Positions 9,943 through 18,336 of a stretch of 32,000 bases of DNA are shown here, piece by piece. Numbering within the stretch: the first letter of the stretch is position 1; the number at the start of each line of letters is the position of its first letter. The notes under the pieces were generated by a model. That model did not search any database and was not told where the DNA came from. It worked only from the letters and a program-made list of their open reading frames with translations. Both the position numbers and the translations under genes were made by a program. Origin of the DNA: Nitrososphaerota archaeon (GTDB lineage: Archaea > Thermoproteota > Nitrososphaeria > Nitrososphaerales > Nitrosopumilaceae); contig JACZTB010000008.1 of NCBI GenBank assembly GCA_022573895.1, positions 13,628-45,627 of the forward strand, in the 5' to 3' direction.

Positions 9943-10110
9943 ATGGCAAAACTCAAGTGTAAGGATTACGGTTTTGAGTGTGATTATGTATCCGAGGGGG
10001 AAATAGAGCAAGTTATTGATAATTTCAGAACTCACACAGATGATATACATGGAATAGATTATTCTAAGGAAGCCGTAATGCAAATGCTCTTAAGAAAACA
10101 AGGCGCCTAA
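9943..10110 (+). CDS. Small DUF1059-type protein (55 aa)
   Basis: Below the track cut-off. Reads MAKLKCKDYGFECDYVSEGEIEQVIDNFRTHTDDIHGIDYSKEAVMQMLLRKQGA. The KCKDxGxxCDY...H..D.HG pattern matches my memory of DUF1059. It replaces the antisense track ORF 9853..10083. Confidence 0.7.
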   Translation: MAKLKCKDYGFECDYVSEGEIEQVIDNFRTHTDDIHGIDYSKEAVMQMLLRKQGA

Positions 10111-10115
10111 GAGAA

Positions 10116-11192
10116 TTAAGCATCAAATCTTTTCATTGTTGCAGATAAAACAGGAACTTCTTTTGAAATAATTTTTTCAACTGCAGGAACAATACTCATT
10201 CTAGCTTTTACACTTTCTTCATAAATTTCGTAAATTTGATCTCTAAACAATAATTTAATCCCTGGAAGCGCAGCAATTCCTTCTGCAACAGTTCTAGGAT
10301 CTGATAAATCTAAAATTAGTGTACCTTTTTTCTTTTCTTCCATAACCAATCTGATACTATCGTAAGTGATTAAGAAATAATCACTTGTTGTTGCAACAAA
10401 GATAATATCATATTTATCAAAACCAGCTAAAACCTCATTAAATTCAATAGGATTTCCACTCAAGAGTGTTGTAAATCCAGTTGCACGGTCAATTGTTCTA
10501 CTTGTGACATCAAAGTTGATGTCTTTTTTCTTCAAAGCTTTTGCAACCATAGCAGCAGACTCACCAGTACCAATAAGTAATATTTTTTTCTTGGCATCAA
10601 GTCCTGCTTTCTCATCTACCAGTTTTATTGCAACATCACCAAGAGAGATAACTTCATTTGCTATTCCAGTTGTATCTCTCATTCTATAAGATAATCTAAT
10701 TACGCTTTCAAATAATTTATTAAGAATTTTACCAGAGACACCTGCGCTCTTTGCCTTAGCTGATGATAGTACAATCTCATCAAATATTTCTTGCTTTCCT
10801 ATAACAGGAGAATCTAATCCAGATGCTAAACGTAACAGATGAAGATAAACATCATCGCCTTTGTATACTTCAAGAGTTTGATCAAAATGATCTATATCAT
10901 TCTGATCCAATGAAGACAAAGGTACCCAAGTATCTTTAATTTGATTTAACACAAGAGTTCTTCCTTCAGGTCTTCGTGCATCAGGAGAATCAGAAGTTTC
11001 AACATTGCTTACTAAAAAGATTTCAACTCTACTTGCTGTTTGAATAATGATACATTCATCAACACCAGAAATTTTTTTAAATTCTTCAGATGCTGCAATT
11101 ACATCTTTGAAAGTATATTTTGATAATGCATGTAGAGGTACATTTTTGAAAGTGACTCTTGCATTCATTACATCAAAATGTACTTGACTCAT
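10116..11192 (-). CDS. hemA: Glutamyl-tRNA reductase-like protein (HemA family fold, atypical active site)
   Basis: ORF track 358 aa. N-terminal HemA-like layout ending in IIIQTASRVEIF (canonical is TCNRxEiy). Central Rossmann motif LLIGTGESAAMVAKAL. Shorter than typical HemA. Confidence 0.72.
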   Translation of the reverse strand: MSQVHFDVMNARVTFKNVPLHALSKYTFKDVIAASEEFKKISGVDECIIIQTASRVEIFLVSNVETSDSPDARRPEGRTLVLNQIKDTWVPLSSLDQNDIDHFDQTLEVYKGDDVYLHLLRLASGLDSPVIGKQEIFDEIVLSSAKAKSAGVSGKILNKLFESVIRLSYRMRDTTGIANEVISLGDVAIKLVDEKAGLDAKKKILLIGTGESAAMVAKALKKKDINFDVTSRTIDRATGFTTLLSGNPIEFNEVLAGFDKYDIIFVATTSDYFLITYDSIRLVMEEKKKGTLILDLSDPRTVAEGIAALPGIKLLFRDQIYEIYEESVKARMSIVPAVEKIISKEVPVLSATMKRFDA

Positions 11193-11202
11193 ACCATCAC
11201 CA

Positions 11203-11910
11203 TTAAGATTTTATCTTCTCTCGTCCACCTTTTGCAGTTCTGAAAACATTCATTCCAATGAAAAAATTTTCATGTAATGATTTTAAATAAATAATATCAT
11301 TTTCAGCGTTTTTGATTTGTTTTTTAGTAGATTCTGGATCATTTTTTAATTTTTCAAGTCTTTGATTTGATTCTTCTAAAAATTCATTAACTGCGTGTTC
11401 ATAATTTGAAACACCAGCATACTCAGGACTGAGAATATGCTCAGGAATATAATTAGGAGTTTCATCCTTGAACAGCTCAGCTTTTCTTGTAATAAATGCC
11501 TGTTCTTCTGCTGTAAGAATTGGTTGTGGGAATCGGTCTTTCTTATCTAACCAAAATTCTGGTTCGCCCATCTCTCGTCTGAAGATTTCCTCACTTTGTC
11601 TCTTAAACGTGTGAGTAGTGCCCTTTACTATGTCTTCTTTTACTTCATCAGCAATTGCCTTGTATTCTGCTTCTGCTGCAGCTTCTGCTTTCTCTTTTGC
11701 ATCTGCTGCTTTTGCAATAGCTTTTTGTAGTGCTATTTCTGCTTTTTCAGCTGCTTTAGCTGCTGCATCTGCTTTATCTGTTGCATCAACTACCACTTTT
11801 TCATCTTTTGTAGATTCAGTTTTTGTAGTTTTTTCTGTAGATGATTTTTCTGATGATGAATCTTGTGTAGGGTTTTTTTCTACTTTAGATTCTTTTTTCT
11901 CCTCAGACAT
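11203..11910 (-). CDS. Hypothetical protein with low-complexity K/E/A-rich N-terminus
   Basis: ORF track 236 aa. The first codon (11913) is TTG and the next is ATG (11910). No domain recognised. The antisense track ORF 11618..11953 is an artefact of the alanine-rich repeat. Confidence 0.6.
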   Translation of the reverse strand: MSEEKKESKVEKNPTQDSSSEKSSTEKTTKTESTKDEKVVVDATDKADAAAKAAEKAEIALQKAIAKAADAKEKAEAAAEAEYKAIADEVKEDIVKGTTHTFKRQSEEIFRREMGEPEFWLDKKDRFPQPILTAEEQAFITRKAELFKDETPNYIPEHILSPEYAGVSNYEHAVNEFLEESNQRLEKLKNDPESTKKQIKNAENDIIYLKSLHENFFIGMNVFRTAKGGREKIKS

Positions 11911-12052
11911 CAAAATTTACTATTGTTGCCTGAATTTTAATATTCTTGTATGAGAAATCATTCATCATTACTTTTTTGAACAATAATATCTACAAATATC
12001 GTTCTATCGGTTGTAAAATGATTTTCTGCCAACTATATTTTATAAAAATAAT

Positions 12053-12101
12053 GGCGCCCTCGGCGGGATTTGTGAAATTAGTTTGACGCCCTCACTTTTT
12101 T
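12053..12101 (+). other. GC-rich motif pair G(G/A)CGCCCTC followed by a T6 run; candidate small RNA or att-like core
   Basis: GGCGCCCTC at 12053-12061. TGAAATTAGTTTGACGCCCTCA at 12073-12094, then T6 at 12096-12101. A TATA-like TTTATAAAAATA lies just upstream. A related copy is at 24237-24265. Confidence 0.35.
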
Positions 12102-12229
12102 GGGCATGATTTAGACGAAGTAAAACATGGAGATAGGATTTTGAAATTATTCATCATCAAATAGATTTAACTCTGTTTGAATCATTTCTTTACAAAATTT
12201 CCTTTAAGGATTCAAAATTGATTCATTTT

Positions 12230-12340
12230 ATGATAGGATTATGTCATATTTGTTATTCTTCAGGAATTTCTTTGTCATTAGACGAAGATTTTGAAGCAAA
12301 ATGTGAAAAGTGTAAAAAATTAGATGATGTCAGAGAATAA
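12230..12340 (+). CDS. Mini zinc-ribbon protein (36 aa)
   Basis: Below the track cut-off. Reads MIGLCHICYSSGISLSLDEDFEAKCEKCKKLDDVRE, with CxxC...CxxC. Confidence 0.35.
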   Translation: MIGLCHICYSSGISLSLDEDFEAKCEKCKKLDDVRE

Positions 12341-12441
12341 AAAAAATACAACATTTACGACTCAATAATGGATTTTGATGACAGAATCAGACATTGATAC
12401 TTATATGTTCACGGAGAACCTATTGAAAATTAAAGAATTTT

Positions 12442-12636
12442 ATGATAACTAGATCTAATCGACCAATACAAATACATGAAAAAATTAAAAATGTTGTGCC
12501 AATATTCTGTGAGAAATGCAATGATCGAAGACTTCCCAAATGGATGAAAGAAATGAATATGTCACTCTGGCTTTGTGAAACTTGTAAAAATTATGTTGAT
12601 GCTGAAAATCATATAATTCGTAATACAGATGAATAA
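12442..12636 (+). CDS. Small zinc-ribbon protein
   Basis: ORF track 64 aa; CEKC...CETC pair of knuckles. Confidence 0.5.
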   Translation: MITRSNRPIQIHEKIKNVVPIFCEKCNDRRLPKWMKEMNMSLWLCETCKNYVDAENHIIRNTDE

Positions 12637-12685
12637 TCAAAAAAATAGAGTAAATTTGATTAATGGTGTTTGACTACGGTTACTA

Positions 12686-12988
12686 TTGACAGAAATTGAT
12701 AAAGAAAAATCAGTCTATCTTTTTGTACATGGGAGAAAAGATCTAGAAGATACTGCACGAGATCTACTAGTTGAAAACGGATTCTCAGCTGAGAAGATAA
12801 TCTCTGCCAAAAACAATGAGGTTGGTCAGGTAAGTGAGTACATGACATTACTGTGGGCTCCAAGTAACCCATCTACCATTAAAATTCAAAAGATCACTAA
12901 AGTAGAAAATGTTGAAAAACCTGAAGGCGTGGTAGGTCTTTGGGAAGGCGTTACGAGGGATGATCTTTTTGAGATTTCTTTGAAATAA
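12686..12988 (+). CDS. Hypothetical protein
   Basis: ORF track 100 aa with TTG start. Composition is more protein-like than the antisense ORF 12660..12872. Confidence 0.4.
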   Translation: MTEIDKEKSVYLFVHGRKDLEDTARDLLVENGFSAEKIISAKNNEVGQVSEYMTLLWAPSNPSTIKIQKITKVENVEKPEGVVGLWEGVTRDDLFEISLK

Positions 12989-13267
12989 TTGATTATACGT
13001 TACTATACAAGTAAAATTCTCTTGGAGATGGTAATGAGAATACAGAGATGTGTTATCTCAATGCAGATACAAAAAGAATATGGTTTGAGAAGATTAAAGA
13101 TGTTAATGACATGAAGATAATTGGTTCAATTCCGATTTCATTAAATTTTATGCAACATTAATAGTAAAAAAACGATCATTTACTGTCAACTTTAATTGCA
13201 ATAATAAACCTTCAGCGTTTTTTCTTGCCATTTTTTCAGAATATTTTCAAAAAATATAGTTGAAAAA

Positions 13268-13519
13268 GTGAATCATAACGATAAAGGAGTTAAAGACCAA
13301 TACAACCTTCAATTCTCATCGTCAGTTAATGATATTTTTGGATCCACTGTCAACAGATGTGTCAAGATAAATCAATTTGCACTTCCTAATAATGTAATAA
13401 TCGGTAGCGACGTTTATGAGAATATAAAATCTCAAAGTAACTATGATTTTGTAAACATGAACGTCAATCCTACAGGAGGCAAATCAATTTTTTCGGTTTA
13501 TTTAGTTTTACGAAAATAG
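13268..13519 (+). CDS. Hypothetical protein
   Basis: ORF track 83 aa, GTG start, no motif recognised. Confidence 0.3.
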   Translation: MNHNDKGVKDQYNLQFSSSVNDIFGSTVNRCVKINQFALPNNVIIGSDVYENIKSQSNYDFVNMNVNPTGGKSIFSVYLVLRK

Positions 13520-13721
13520 GATGCTTAGACCCTTGACAGTCTTAATGAAATGTTCAATCAAAGATTTGTATGTCAAAGTCCAAGCCAGACCCCGAATTAC
13601 CAAGATGAGAGGAAAGGGTGAACATAATTGAAATATTTTGATGCCATAAGAATGTAATAGAATGAAAATTTTATAATAAAATATCAATACATGTAATCAA
13701 AAAAAAGAAAAAAACATCACA

Positions 13722-14162
13722 CTAATTTCTAGGTTGTGTGAATGTTGAAATCCATGATTGTAGAATATTTCTATTTAAATCAGTAAAAGTACTTGCACTA
13801 TTGTTCCATGTCTGAATGTTTTTTTGGATTGCATCAGTAGTTGCTTGAATTATCTGATTTTGTACAGATCTTGCTTTGATAATTTGCTTGTTGGTATCTA
13901 CAATAGCAGTCTTTGCTGCCTCTGGAATGTCAGTGTTAATTCCAGTCTTTGTTGCAAATTCTTGTTGCAAAGAGATTGCAGAACTAATTGTATTCTTCCA
14001 AGCTTTATACCATTCTGATTGAATATTTGTCAATGATTGTTGATGTTGCGGAACAGCATCTATTACATTTTCAAAATATTTTTCTACATTTTTTTTGTAT
14101 ACATCAAAGATATTCTCTGATGTTTGAGTTTGTTTCTCGAATGTTTGAGTTTGTTTGCTCAT
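13722..14162 (-). CDS. Q/T/N-rich all-helical hypothetical protein
   Basis: ORF track 146 aa, ATG start. N-terminal duplicated KQTQT(F/S)E encoded by a 17-nt direct repeat. Two antisense track ORFs overlap it and are discounted. Confidence 0.55.
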   Translation of the reverse strand: MSKQTQTFEKQTQTSENIFDVYKKNVEKYFENVIDAVPQHQQSLTNIQSEWYKAWKNTISSAISLQQEFATKTGINTDIPEAAKTAIVDTNKQIIKARSVQNQIIQATTDAIQKNIQTWNNSASTFTDLNRNILQSWISTFTQPRN

Positions 14163-14386
14163 GTAAGGCGAGACTAAATCCTATTTATAATTCAATCACT
14201 ATTACAAAATTAAATTAGTGCAGAGTAAGTTTTTTGATTTTTAGATGGAAAGATGAAATATTTTCTGGAATACGGAGATCATAAAATAATTTGTATACGT
14301 TATCTTAACATTTGTTAAAAATATCGATTACTAAATTTCTAGTAACATCTCTTTACTCTGTCATGCCAAAGGCCTTGTGTTTTAGT

Positions 14387-14605
14387 TCAGTATTCTTTTC
14401 TAGCTAGTCTCAAAGCTAACTGACGTTTTAATTTTCTAGCTCTAGGTTTTGTTCTCAACAAACGTCCACAACAAGGACACCACAATCCCTTCCATTCAAT
14501 GAATATTTCACATTGAGGACATCGTTTTTGACCCTGTTCATATCTCCCACCTTTACGCCTGTTACTTTCAGCCTTGAGTTTTTTACAAGATCCATCGCAA
14601 TGCAC
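14387..14605 (-). CDS. Basic zinc-ribbon protein (paralogue of 24643..24849)
   Basis: ORF track 72 aa. HCxxxCK...RY...CPQC...CPCCGRLLR followed by an R/K-rich tail. Confidence 0.6.
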   Translation of the reverse strand: MHCDGSCKKLKAESNRRKGGRYEQGQKRCPQCEIFIEWKGLWCPCCGRLLRTKPRARKLKRQLALRLARKEY

Positions 14606-14980
14606 AATATTCTACTAAGAGCAGATATAGAAAATATTGTCGGAGTCATATGTTTCTAAGATTCATAAAGTATTCTTTAAAATTTTCAATTATTTTAGAT
14701 CATTTTTGTAATTTTTTATAAAAAATATTAAATACTGAAATTTCCTATAATATGTTATGCTGTTAGCTCTAAAATCTAACGCATAAACTGCGCATCTCCG
14801 TAGAACCAAAAAGGCAATCAGTCGATACAACGTACTGACAACGAGAGGAAATCTCTCAGAGTTCTGCAGTTAGGGGGTTGTGCCTTTCATATTTTCTTTT
14901 TTCATCCTCACACATTTTTTCTTCTGATAATATTCTCTAAACTCTATTTGATTTTTACAAAAAGTTTTAGGCATGAAACT

Positions 14981-15198
14981 AAAAGTTGGACAGCAATTAA
15001 CTGAGGTGAGATATAATCCGAAGGTTAACGTCCACTGACTTGTAAACGTGCTAAACAGATCGACCAAGTCAGCACATCAATCCATCACTTGGTTTTTACC
15101 AGTCAATGTTTTTTCAGCTAATTACTACCCATCTATCTAATCACATAATATCATAAAAAGATGATCGAGTTTTCTAAGAAATTTAATGGAGCGATCAA
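14981..15198. repeat. Left arm of a diverged long inverted repeat (partner 16621-16841)
   Basis: The reverse complement of 16621-16841 aligns along the whole length. The 46-nt block 15153-15198 is identical to rc(16621-16666). Conserved islands include AAAAGTTGGA, CGTCCACTGAC, ACAGAT, CTACCCA and TAATCAC. Outside the block, about two thirds identity by eye. Confidence 0.85.
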
Positions 15199-15263
15199 GT
15201 TTAACTAAAACTGCAAAACTCTTTGAAAGCCTGTAATTTTAAGAACTTATGCCATTTATGCTG

Positions 15264-15621
15264 TTAAGAATAATACTTGTCTCTACAATTACAAATTTTC
15301 TCTACGACATCCTCTATTGAAATATCAAGTTCAGTACTAACTAGAATCAATCCTGCAGAACTCACAGGAATTGTAAAACGATACACTTTACCATATTTTG
15401 CCATGGCAAAAACTGCAGATTCAATCTTAGAAGCCATTTGTTTCCTAGCTGCCTATCTGTATTGTGCTTGACACAATAAATTTTCTGTTTCTTTTTGTGT
15501 TAGATAAGATTTTTTTCTTTCTTTCATTTAATGAAAAAAAACTACCATCATCATAAATTGAAACGAATCTAATTTTGTCATCTATTTTCAGAATCTTTTG
15601 ACAAAATTCTTCATTATTCAC
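15264..15621 (-). pseudogene. Frameshifted remnant of a small protein gene (58-aa and 57-aa halves in different frames)
   Basis: Frame a from GTG at 15621 reads MNNEEFCQKILKIDDKIRFVSIYDDG..., stopping at 15445-15447. Frame b (15437..15264) reads MASKIESAVFAMAKYGKVYRFTIPVSSAGLILVSTELDISIEDVVEKICN.... Together they resemble a single ~115-aa protein. Homopolymer A/T runs lie between the halves. Confidence 0.4.
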
Positions 15622-15790
15622 ATCAGATTTGGTTCATTGTAGAATAAATTATTTAATTTTGAACTATTCGTTACCAAAAATTACCAATGACTAGATTTCA
15701 AAGGGATTAAAAAAATATGGATATCTTTTTCTGCATGTATTTAACAGGAAAATCCTCATACTTGATTAATACTGTTTGTTATGAAAAATA

Positions 15791-15895
15791 ATGCCAAAAT
15801 GTAGAAATTGTAGAAATGAATTTATTTCCAATGATTCCAGTTTTTGTTCTGATGATTGTTCATGTGCTCATTCAAAGAGATACTTTTTACATTAA
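15791..15895 (+). CDS. Mini zinc-finger protein (34 aa, CxxC...FCSxxC)
   Basis: Below the track cut-off. Reads MPKCRNCRNEFISNDSSFCSDDCSCAHSKRYFLH. Confidence 0.3.
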   Translation: MPKCRNCRNEFISNDSSFCSDDCSCAHSKRYFLH

Positions 15896-16394
15896 TATTG
15901 GCTACGCATGAAAACAAAAAATGTCTTACTGGTTTTTATTTGTAAAATCTACGATTGACAGCATCTCCTCGTTACAGTAAATTATATCCTTGAAATATTA
16001 AAACATGTTCTAATTTTTAAGTACACATGAACATCCTAGAAAATCACATATTCTGCCTGACGTAGTTTTTCTGTGCCACGAGTTCACATGTTCACAAACT
16101 GGGCAATTCGACTTTTCATTGATTTTACTTTTATTCAAACAGATAGATAACTGTCTGAGATTATTATAGGTTATAACCCAAAACTTGTACTAACAAATCA
16201 TACTTTCGTCTTGCTTTAGTCAATCTAGAAAATAAAATTCCATAAAACGTGAGACAATATTGTATCAAGTTTCAAAATATGATTAATTCTCTTCAAAGAG
16301 TCTTAATGTTTTAGTTCATGACTCCACTTTTGCCTGGATATCAAATAAAAAAACTTCTAATTATTAAAAGTGATTTTCATGTATTTATAATATT

Positions 16395-16547
16395 ATGACA
16401 GAACCACCTAAACCAAAAGAAGGGGATGAAATCTGTCCCATGTGTAGAAGACCAAAAAGTAAACATTCTCCTGAAGAATTACTTACATGCTCTCGTAAGA
16501 TGGTAGAGTTTAAGAAAAATACTACAGGTGGGGCTGGAATTGAATGA
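16395..16547 (+). CDS. Small hypothetical protein (50 aa) with one CxxC knuckle
   Basis: Below the track cut-off. Reads MTEPPKPKEGDEICPMCRRPKSKHSPEELLTCSRKMVEFKKNTTGGAGIE. Confidence 0.3.
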   Translation: MTEPPKPKEGDEICPMCRRPKSKHSPEELLTCSRKMVEFKKNTTGGAGIE

Positions 16548-16620
16548 ATATTTGCAAACTGTTAATGAAACTATTAAGATCCAGATCGTTTATGGAACAA
16601 TTTTGGCATTCAGATAGAAA

Positions 16621-16841
16621 TTGATCGCTCCATTAAATTTCTTAGAAAACTCGATCATCTTTTTATTGTATTATTCGTGATTATTAGTTGGGTAGCAATA
16701 AACTGAAGAAAACACCGATGTGTTAAACCAGATCACAGATTATTGGGCTAATACTGGTTAATCTGTAAAGCTCATTTGGCTGTCAGTGGACGATGATTTC
16801 AGGATCAGAGTCTGGGTTTGGCTAGTTGCTATCCAACTTTT
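16621..16841. repeat. Right arm of the diverged long inverted repeat (partner 14981-15198)
   Basis: See the left arm. The perfect 46-nt block is at 16621-16666. Confidence 0.85.
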
Positions 16842-16891
16842 ATGTTTGGCTTTTTGATTTTACAAGTTTTTGGTAACATTTCATTAAATCA

Positions 16892-16913
16892 GTTAACAGT
16901 TCGTATCAAATGT
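16892..16913 (+). repeat. Copy A of motif GTTAACAGTTCGTATCAAATGT
   Basis: 22-nt exact match to 22122-22143. The 19-nt core is also present inverted at 24072-24090. Confidence 0.9.
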
Positions 16914-16994
16914 CAATTAAAAAAGAAAGGGAGGTTTATGATTGAGGTTTTGTATTTTCCACACTCATTAGCAAAAATCACTCCGAAATCTAAA

Positions 16995-18002
16995 CTACTT
17001 TTCACAAACTACCTCACTTCTTTCTCCCTTATCATATAATGAAATAATTGCTTGTACATTGCATTCTGAGATGTATGGAAAGTCTGATTCAATTGTTGGA
17101 AACATCAGATCTTCAGGAGCTGTAGAGTGTGCCAAGCCTAACGCATGACCAAACTCATGTCTGGTAATTATTTCAAGTTGGTTTGGGGTAAGGCTATCTA
17201 CATCAAATAGTGTTATTTGTGATTTTAGAATCTGATTGTTTGATTCATCAGCAATAGAGTTTGTCCACCCAGTAAATCCATCAGAATTTACATAATTTTC
17301 TAATCTTATAGTAATATCTCCTTCTCCCTTTGTTGACTGGATAAATTCAAAATTTACAGGAATGTAAAATTCTGTTGGACTAGCAGATGCGGCTTTTAGG
17401 GCACCCTCCCATCCTAAAAAGTACTCTGACGTCATACCCTTGGGCCCTTTATGCAATAAAGAATCATCAATTTCAATTATTTCCTCAGACTGTATGGCTT
17501 TCTTTATTGATCTGATTTTTTCATCAGAATATCTGTCAGCATTTATTATGTTTACATAAAGTACTTCTTCGGGTATCAAACGCCACGATATCCACGTGTT
17601 GATTGTGTCGCCTCTTAGATTTTGGATTACATATCCTGAAGAAAGTGTTTCAGAAGATACCATATATTGTTCTTCTACCATATTAAAAAAAAGAAACGAA
17701 TAACTGCCACTTACTACAGTTATGGCGATAACTGATAGCATAATTACAGAATAATATTTCTTTTTAGCAGAATATTTTTCCTGCTTCTCAAAAGTCAAAA
17801 AGGAATTCAAGATTAGGTTTTCTTGTTTTAGTTCTCTAGTGTCATGATGATTTTGGGAGATTTGGTTTTCTAGTTTTGCTGTTAATTTGTCCGACTCTAT
17901 TTTGTTTTTTCCAAGAAGATCTGCAAGAGCAATTAATAGAATTTTTTCTTGTCGTACTTCTCGCCTTTTGTAAGATTTAGTAGTTGTGATTAATTGAGAC
18001 AT
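16995..18002 (-). CDS. Membrane-anchored zinc metalloprotease, matrixin/metzincin (M10-like)
   Basis: ORF track 335 aa. N-terminal coiled-coil region, one TM helix (YYSVIMLSVIAITVVSGSYSFLFF), C-terminal HEFGHALGLAHS plus Met-turn LMFP. The ATG lies 2 nt after the upstream stop. Confidence 0.85.
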   Translation of the reverse strand: MSQLITTTKSYKRREVRQEKILLIALADLLGKNKIESDKLTAKLENQISQNHHDTRELKQENLILNSFLTFEKQEKYSAKKKYYSVIMLSVIAITVVSGSYSFLFFNMVEEQYMVSSETLSSGYVIQNLRGDTINTWISWRLIPEEVLYVNIINADRYSDEKIRSIKKAIQSEEIIEIDDSLLHKGPKGMTSEYFLGWEGALKAASASPTEFYIPVNFEFIQSTKGEGDITIRLENYVNSDGFTGWTNSIADESNNQILKSQITLFDVDSLTPNQLEIITRHEFGHALGLAHSTAPEDLMFPTIESDFPYISECNVQAIISLYDKGERSEVVCEK

Positions 18003-18004
18003 TT

Positions 18005-18220
18005 TCAGGTCTTTGTCCTAACTGTTATAGCCTCCAAGCTTCGTGATTCAATAATTTTGTTGACTAGTTCAATGATTAATTTGGTGTTTGATTGCACAAT
18101 TTTGAGTCTTTGAATCTGTTTATCATCCAAGTTGCCTAATTTATCTGCAAGAAGCAGATCAACATATCCACGAATTGGCACTAGTGGGGTTCTCAATTCA
18201 TGAGAAATAATTTCCCACAT
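18005..18220 (-). CDS. Stand-alone HisKA/DHp-domain mini-protein (no ATPase domain)
   Basis: ORF track 71 aa. H-box ISHELRTPLVPIRGYVDLL. The frame stays open upstream to 18346 with a coiled-coil-like LKADKIRELEQERLVLLEIIKQQ but no earlier canonical start. Confidence 0.6.
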   Translation of the reverse strand: MWEIISHELRTPLVPIRGYVDLLLADKLGNLDDKQIQRLKIVQSNTKLIIELVNKIIESRSLEAITVRTKT

Positions 18221-18336
18221 GCTATCAGGAGATAGTTCATAGGATCCTTGTTGTTTGATTATTTCTAAAAGTACTAGTCGTTCTTGTTCTAGTTCCCGAA
18301 TTTTGTCAGCTTTTAGATGTATTGAGAGTTTATCTG

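Noticed and set aside
9853-10083. 76-aa minus-strand track ORF
   Set aside because: Low-complexity hydrophobic translation, antisense to a well-formed DUF1059-type ORF (9943..10110) that has its own promoter-like AT-rich upstream region.
7893-14649. Antisense or overlapping track ORFs 7893..8078, 8211..8486, 10504..10689, 11618..11953, 12660..12872, 13824..14018, 13988..14218, 14455..14649
   Set aside because: Each lies inside or opposite a longer ORF with recognisable domains or better coding character. Several are artefacts of repetitive or alanine-rich sense sequence.
15153-15198. C/D-box sRNA reading of the conserved 46-nt block (AGATGATCGAG)
   Set aside because: The string contains GAUGAU, not the RUGAUGA C box. 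No properly placed CUGA D box or terminal stem was found.
15277-15471. 64-aa plus-strand track ORF
   Set aside because: Alternative start codon and antisense to the more protein-like frameshifted gene remnant on the minus strand.
14981-16841. Diversity-generating retroelement (template/variable repeat pair) as an explanation for the diverged repeats
   Set aside because: Mismatches between the arms involve all base types rather than adenine-specific changes. The repeats are inverted and non-coding, and no reverse transcriptase is nearby.
14870-17039. Track ORFs 14870..15067 (-) and 16818..17039 (+) reading outward from the inverted-repeat arms
   Set aside because: Their similarity (C.PTF.F) simply mirrors the nucleotide repeat. 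Both use weak or alternative starts, and the right one overlaps the metzincin 3' end. Stops in the homologous upstream frames argue against coding.
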